UHGV virus genome: UHGV-0077431
Length of the DNA stretch: 41,329 bases
Strand: one strand, 5' to 3'
DNA from: a virus
Both the position numbers and the translations under genes were made by a program. This document shows, piece after piece, positions 36,528 to 41,329 of this stretch. Under the pieces are notes generated by a model. The model was not told the DNA's origin and did no database searches. It worked only from the letters and a program-made list of their open reading frames with translations. Each line of letters begins with the position of its first letter. Positions within the stretch are counted from its first letter, which is position 1.

Positions 36528-37279
36528 GTCTTAATGCTGATTATCAAAAACTTGAGCCGGGCAATGAAGTCCGGCTTTTTTCTGTCGATGGTACAGCGTT
36601 CGGTATGTCAGATGTGCTCCGCTTCCACGCACACAATATCGCACACACCCCGGAAGAGATTGAAGCCGCAGGCGGGGATGAGAATAAACTTCCGGCGAAG
36701 TCCATATGGTGGCAGGGGGAGGAATATAAAGCCTGGCCATGTCAGGTGGAGGGTATTGAGGCGACCACAGACGGTACCAGCCCACAGCCAAAATTGACGG
36801 TGGCGAACCTGGACAGCTCGATCTCAGCGCTCTGTCTGGCGTATGACGATCTGCTGCAGGCGAAAGTGAGTATCCACGACACGCTGGCACAGTATCTGGA
36901 CGCCAGAAATTTTCCGCAGGGCAATCCCACTGCAGACCCGTCACAGGAAAAGCTGAAGGTCTTTTATATCGATGCCAGAAGCACCGAGACGGATGAATCT
37001 GTTGAATTTACGCTTTCCAGTCCGATGGATTTACAGGGCCAGATGATACCCACGCGGCAGCTGCATTCGTTATGCAGCTGGTGCATCCGGAACAAGTACC
37101 GGACCGGCGACGGCTGCGACTATGCCGGAACGCGCTATTTCGACAAAAACAATAATCCGGTTGACGATCCATCGCTGGATGTCTGCAACGGCACGCTGAC
37201 GGCCTGCAAGCTCCGGCACGGAGACAGCAACGAGCTGCCGTTTGGCGGTTTCCCCGGTACATCTCTTATCAGGAGCTGA
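36524..37279 (+). CDS. L: Minor tail protein L
   Basis: Lambda gpL-like Cys-rich C-terminus. Confidence 0.85.
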   Translation: MSLNADYQKLEPGNEVRLFSVDGTAFGMSDVLRFHAHNIAHTPEEIEAAGGDENKLPAKSIWWQGEEYKAWPCQVEGIEATTDGTSPQPKLTVANLDSSISALCLAYDDLLQAKVSIHDTLAQYLDARNFPQGNPTADPSQEKLKVFYIDARSTETDESVEFTLSSPMDLQGQMIPTRQLHSLCSWCIRNKYRTGDGCDYAGTRYFDKNNNPVDDPSLDVCNGTLTACKLRHGDSNELPFGGFPGTSLIRS

Positions 37280-37280
37280 T

Positions 37281-38012
37281 ATGCGCCAGAAAACCATTGA
37301 TGCCATCATGGCACACGCTGCAGCGGAATATCCGCGAGAGTGCTGCGGCGTGGTGGCACAGAAAAGCCGGGTTGAGCGCTATTTTCCCTGTCGTAATCTC
37401 GCAGCAGAGCCGACTGAACATTTTCACCTGTCCCCCGAAGATTACGCAGCGGCAGAAGACTGGGGGACGGTGGTGGCCATTGTTCACAGCCATCCTGATG
37501 CGACGACGCAGGCCAGCGAGCTGGATAAGGCGCAGTGTGATGCAACGCTGCTGCCCTGGCATATTGTGAGCTGGCCAGAGGGGGATTTACGTACCATTCA
37601 GCCACGCGGGGAGCTGCCATTGCTGGAGCGTCCGTTCGTGCTTGGCCACTTCGATTGCTGGGGTCTGGTAATGAGCTATTTCCGGCAGACCCACTGTATC
37701 GAGCTCCACGATTACCGGGTGGATTATCCCTGGTGGGAAAACGACTACCCGGACAATTTCTATCAGGAGTGCTGGTACGAGTGCGGATTCAGGGAGTTTG
37801 ATGGTCCGCCTCAGGAAGGGGACCTCGTCATCATGCAGGTGCAGGCCGATAAGTGGAATCATGCCGGGATTTTACTGGAGGGTAACATGCTGCTGCACCA
37901 TCTTTACGGGCATCTGAGTCAACGTGTTCCTTATGGCGGATACTGGCAGGAGCGCACAATGAAGATCGTTCGCTATAAAGATGTAATGGCAGGTGAAACA
38001 TGCAGGAAGTAA
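37281..38012 (+). CDS. K: Tail assembly protein K (JAB/MPN + NlpC/P60-like)
   Basis: Metal-site motif VHSHPD and Cys/His hydrolase region; GGAG SD (track start 37242). Confidence 0.85.
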   Translation: MRQKTIDAIMAHAAAEYPRECCGVVAQKSRVERYFPCRNLAAEPTEHFHLSPEDYAAAEDWGTVVAIVHSHPDATTQASELDKAQCDATLLPWHIVSWPEGDLRTIQPRGELPLLERPFVLGHFDCWGLVMSYFRQTHCIELHDYRVDYPWWENDYPDNFYQECWYECGFREFDGPPQEGDLVIMQVQADKWNHAGILLEGNMLLHHLYGHLSQRVPYGGYWQERTMKIVRYKDVMAGETCRK

Positions 38013-38590
38013 TGACCCGCATTGAGCTTGGCGGCGTGCTCGGGAAAACATTCGGTAAAGTTCACCATCGCCTGATTTCCCGCGTGAACGAAGCGAGTGT
38101 TGCGCTGGCAAAGACTATACCGGGCTTTGAGCAGTTTATGATTTCCAGCCAACGCCGTGGTCTCACTTATTCAGTATTCAAAGGGAAAAAGAATATTGGT
38201 GTTGATGACCTGGGTTACCCGGTCACCGGCGATGTCATTCGCATTGTCCCGGTGATTATCGGGAGCAAAAAGGCCGGATTACTCCAGACAATACTTGGTG
38301 CAGTTCTGGTTGCCGTTGGGGCGGTGCTTAATTTCACACCCTGGGCTGCGGCATCACCATTCTTATACAAATTCGGTGCCGCAATGATGATTGGCGGGGT
38401 TGTTCAGATGCTTTCCCCTCAACCAGCGGGGCTGGCCAGCAAACAGAGTTCAGATAACCGCGCCTCATACGCGTTCGGTGGAGTCACCAACACCGCCGCG
38501 CAGGGCTATCCGGTACCGCTTCTTTATGGTCGTCGGCAAATCGGCGGTGCGATTATTTCTGCCGGGATTTATGTCGAAGACCAGCAATAA
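38000..38590 (+). CDS. I: Tail assembly protein I
   Basis: Lambda gpI-like; hydrophobic C-terminal half. Confidence 0.85.
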   Translation: MQEVMTRIELGGVLGKTFGKVHHRLISRVNEASVALAKTIPGFEQFMISSQRRGLTYSVFKGKKNIGVDDLGYPVTGDVIRIVPVIIGSKKAGLLQTILGAVLVAVGAVLNFTPWAAASPFLYKFGAAMMIGGVVQMLSPQPAGLASKQSSDNRASYAFGGVTNTAAQGYPVPLLYGRRQIGGAIISAGIYVEDQQ

Positions 38591-38606
38591 ATAAAAACCT
38601 CCTTTC

Positions 38607-38631
38607 AGGCCACCTCAGGGTGGCCTTTTTT
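38607..38631 (+). terminator. Intrinsic terminator between I and J
   Basis: AGGCCACC-tcag-GGTGGCCT followed by T6. Confidence 0.65.
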
Positions 38632-38642
38632 ATGGGCGCAAT

Positions 38643-41329
38643 ATGGCTACATCTACTCCGATTAGAGGCCGCAAGGGCGGCAGCTCCAGTTCACGCACCC
38701 CGACTGAACAACCAGACGATCTCCAGTCCGTAGCGAAAGCCAAAATTCTTGTTGCACTGGGAGAGGGCGAATTTGCAGGGCAGTTGACGGCGAAGGATAT
38801 CTATCTCGATGGCACGCCACTGGAGAATGCAGACGGATCGCAAAACTTCAGTGGCGTGGCGTGGGAATTTCGTCCGGGGACTCAGGCACAAAAATATATT
38901 CAGGGTATCCCCGGCACAGAAAATGAAATCAGCGTGGGCACCGAAGTGTCAAGCACCACCGGCTGGACACATACCTTTACCAACACGCAACTGTCAGCCG
39001 TTCGCCTGCGCCTCAAGTGGCCATCGCTTTTTAAACAGGAGGATGATGGCGATCTGGTTGGCTATTCAATTAACTACGCTATTGATCTGCAGACCGATGG
39101 CGGCACCTGGCAGACGGTACTTAATACCAGCGTAACCGGCAAGACAACTTCCGGCTACGAACGCAGCCATCGTATCGATTTACCACAGGCAGGCAGTACA
39201 TGGACGGTGCGCCTGCGTAAGCTTACGGCGGATGCCAACAGCGCGAAAATTGGCGACACGATGACGCTGCAGAGCTACACAGAGGTTATTGACGCCAAAC
39301 TGCGTTATCCAAATACCGCGCTGCTGTACATCGAATTCGACTCAAGCCAGTTTAACGGCTCTATCCCGCAAATATCCTGCGAACCGCGAGGGCGTGTAAT
39401 CCGCGTTCCGGATACGTATGACCCGGAGACCCGCACCTACAGCGGCACATGGACAGGGGCGTTTAAGTGGGCGTGGACGGATAATCCAGCCTGGATTTTT
39501 TACGATCTGGTGGTGAGCGACCGCTTTGGGCTGGGCAATCGCCTGACGGCGGCCAATATTGATAAATGGACGCTTTATCAGGTCGCGCAATATTGCGATC
39601 AGCCGGTTCCTGATGGTAAAGGCGGTAGCGGCACTGAGCCTCGCTATACCTGTAACGTGTACGTGCAGGAGAGGAATGACGCCTATACCGTGTTACGTGA
39701 TTTTGCGGCGATATTCCGGGGCATGACGTACTGGGGTGGCGATCAAATCGTTGCGCTGGCGGATATGCCCCGCGATGTGGATTACAGCTACACGCGTGCA
39801 AACGTGGTTAATGGGCGCTTTACCTATTCGGGCAGCACCACCAAAACCCGCTATACCACGGCACTGGTTTCCTGGTCCGATCCGGGTAATGCCTACGCGG
39901 ATGCGATGGAGCCTGTATTTGAGCAGGATCTCGTTGCTCGCTTTGGCACAAATCAGCTCGAAATGACAGCCATTGGTTGTACCCGGCAGTCAGAGGCAAA
40001 CCGCAAAGGACGTTGGGGTATCCTGACCAATAACAAGGATCGCATCGTGTCGTTCGATGTTGGTCTTGACGGTAAGATCCCACAGCCTGGTTATATCATC
40101 GCGGTTGCCGATGAGCTGCTTTCCGGAAAAGTGATGGGAGGGCGCATCAGCGCGGTTAACGGTCGCGTTATCACGCTTGATCGTGATTCGGCAGCCGCTC
40201 CCGGAAGCCGTCTGATGGTTAACCTTCCGTCCGGCGCATCGCAGAGCAGGACGATACAGAGCGTAAACGGGCGGGCCGTCACTGTGACAACGGCATACAG
40301 CGAAACACCTGCAGTGGAATCGGTGTGGATTGTCGAGTCTGAAGAGCTTTACGCGCAGCAATATCGCGTTATCAGCGTTACGGATAATAATGACGGAACG
40401 TATTCGATTGCTGGCGCTTTGCACGATCCGGATAAATATGCGCGTATCGATACCGGTGCCATTATCGACCAGCGGCCAATAAGTGTAATTCCGCCCGGTA
40501 ATCAGTCCCCGCCAGCTAATATCGCGATCAGTTCGTTTTCTGTCGTTCAGCAGAATATCAGCGTTGAGACCATGCGCGTCAGCTGGGACCAGGCGAAAAA
40601 TGCTATCGCGTATGAGGCACAGTGGCGTCGCAATGACGGGAACTGGGTGAATGTGCCGCGCAGCTCCACCACGTCATTCGATGTTCCGGGGATTTATGCA
40701 GGACGCTACCTGGTTCGCGTGCGTGCCATCAATGCCGCCGAAATTTCATCTGGGTGGGGCTATTCAGAAGAGAAAACGTTGACGGGTAAAGTGGGAAACC
40801 CACCGAAGCCGGTTGGCTTCATCGCTTCTGAAAACGTGGTATTCGGTATCGAGCTGAACTGGGGATTCCCGGCGAATACCGAAGACACGCTGAAGACGGA
40901 AATTCAGTACAGCCTGACCGGTAGCGAAGATGATGCAATGCTGCTGGCCGATGTGCCTTATCCGCAGCGCAAATATCAGCAGATGGGTCTTAAGGCAGGG
41001 CAGATTTTCTGGTATCGCGCGCAACTGGTCGACAGAACGGGAAACGAGTCCGGGTATACCGACTGGGTGCGAGGTCAGGCCAGCATCGATGTTTCCGATA
41101 TCACCGATGTGATCCTGGAGGAGATCAAAGACTCCGCTACGTTTAAAGATCTGATTGAGAGCGCAGTGGACAGCAATGAAAAAATTGCTGGCATGGCTGA
41201 CGAAATCAAAAACCATGCAGACGAGCTGGAGCAGCAGGCGAAAGATATACAGGAAAACGCTGACGGGCTGGCGCAGGCGGCGGTCGTGGTCCCAACTGGT
41301 TTTATCACCGCGCAGTCGGGTATTGATAA
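38643..41329 (+). CDS. J: Host-specificity / central tail fibre protein J (3'-partial, runs off the window)
   Basis: Frame 3 is open from ATG 38643 to the window end (absent from track because no stop); translation resembles lambda gpJ (YSGTWTGAFKWAWTDNPAWIFYDLV, fibronectin-type repeats). Confidence 0.9.
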   Translation, partial: MATSTPIRGRKGGSSSSRTPTEQPDDLQSVAKAKILVALGEGEFAGQLTAKDIYLDGTPLENADGSQNFSGVAWEFRPGTQAQKYIQGIPGTENEISVGTEVSSTTGWTHTFTNTQLSAVRLRLKWPSLFKQEDDGDLVGYSINYAIDLQTDGGTWQTVLNTSVTGKTTSGYERSHRIDLPQAGSTWTVRLRKLTADANSAKIGDTMTLQSYTEVIDAKLRYPNTALLYIEFDSSQFNGSIPQISCEPRGRVIRVPDTYDPETRTYSGTWTGAFKWAWTDNPAWIFYDLVVSDRFGLGNRLTAANIDKWTLYQVAQYCDQPVPDGKGGSGTEPRYTCNVYVQERNDAYTVLRDFAAIFRGMTYWGGDQIVALADMPRDVDYSYTRANVVNGRFTYSGSTTKTRYTTALVSWSDPGNAYADAMEPVFEQDLVARFGTNQLEMTAIGCTRQSEANRKGRWGILTNNKDRIVSFDVGLDGKIPQPGYIIAVADELLSGKVMGGRISAVNGRVITLDRDSAAAPGSRLMVNLPSGASQSRTIQSVNGRAVTVTTAYSETPAVESVWIVESEELYAQQYRVISVTDNNDGTYSIAGALHDPDKYARIDTGAIIDQRPISVIPPGNQSPPANIAISSFSVVQQNISVETMRVSWDQAKNAIAYEAQWRRNDGNWVNVPRSSTTSFDVPGIYAGRYLVRVRAINAAEISSGWGYSEEKTLTGKVGNPPKPVGFIASENVVFGIELNWGFPANTEDTLKTEIQYSLTGSEDDAMLLADVPYPQRKYQQMGLKAGQIFWYRAQLVDRTGNESGYTDWVRGQASIDVSDITDVILEEIKDSATFKDLIESAVDSNEKIAGMADEIKNHADELEQQAKDIQENADGLAQAAVVVPTGFITAQSGID

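Larger units (their letters stand above)
2544..41329. mobile_element. Lambda-like prophage (attachment core to gene J; right end beyond window)
   Basis: tRNA-Pro core copy, int/xis, cI/cro immunity, cos, lambda-type structural module. Confidence 0.9.

Noticed and set aside
24331-41308. Numerous track ORFs in alternative frames or antisense within the structural genes (for example 25462..25929, 31605..32201, 32430..32975, 35095..35427, 39990..40424, 40764..41216)
   Set aside because: Each lies wholly inside a gene with strong lambda-type similarity in another frame; typical antisense shadows in GC-rich coding DNA.

Overview
The window holds a short chromosomal flank followed by about 39 kb of a lambda-like, cos-packaging prophage that runs from the attachment site to gene J and is cut by the right window edge. 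The flank (1-2543) carries the C-terminal ~800 codons of an AIDA-I/Ag43/YejO-like autotransporter, two terminator hairpins and the 3' 45 nt of a tRNA-Pro gene, which I read as the duplicated att core. The prophage order is: att core, a 1.5 kb cargo segment (XRE-HTH regulator, ImmA/IrrE HEXXH metallopeptidase, a small SD-led ORF), int/xis, a coupled leftward early operon (DEDDh exonuclease, small hypotheticals, winged-helix protein, HD-domain protein, RdgC), the immunity region (oL, a cI operon with two small downstream genes in the rex-like position, oR, cro, a CII/YdaT-like gene), replication and nin-like genes (a minus-strand SWIM zinc-finger moron, Rha, an O-like initiator with internal iterons, RusA, antirepressor, DUF968, Q-like), a late promoter/terminator, a small HTH plus an orphan beta-class DNA methyltransferase, the lysis cassette (S21-like pinholin, SAR endolysin, Rz/Rz1), three small moron genes, cos, and lambda-type morphogenesis genes Nu1 through J. 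The most interesting candidates for undescribed function are the two-gene module behind cI, the HTH/peptidase cargo at the int-att junction, a ClpX-zinc-finger-like small protein next to oL, the SWIM moron, and the three-gene cluster between Rz and cos. No CRISPR array, rRNA, intact tRNA or IS element was seen. All family assignments rest on motifs and remembered reference sequences read by eye; no database search or folding was run, and several start codons (including GTG/TTG starts) are inferred from Shine-Dalgarno spacing.
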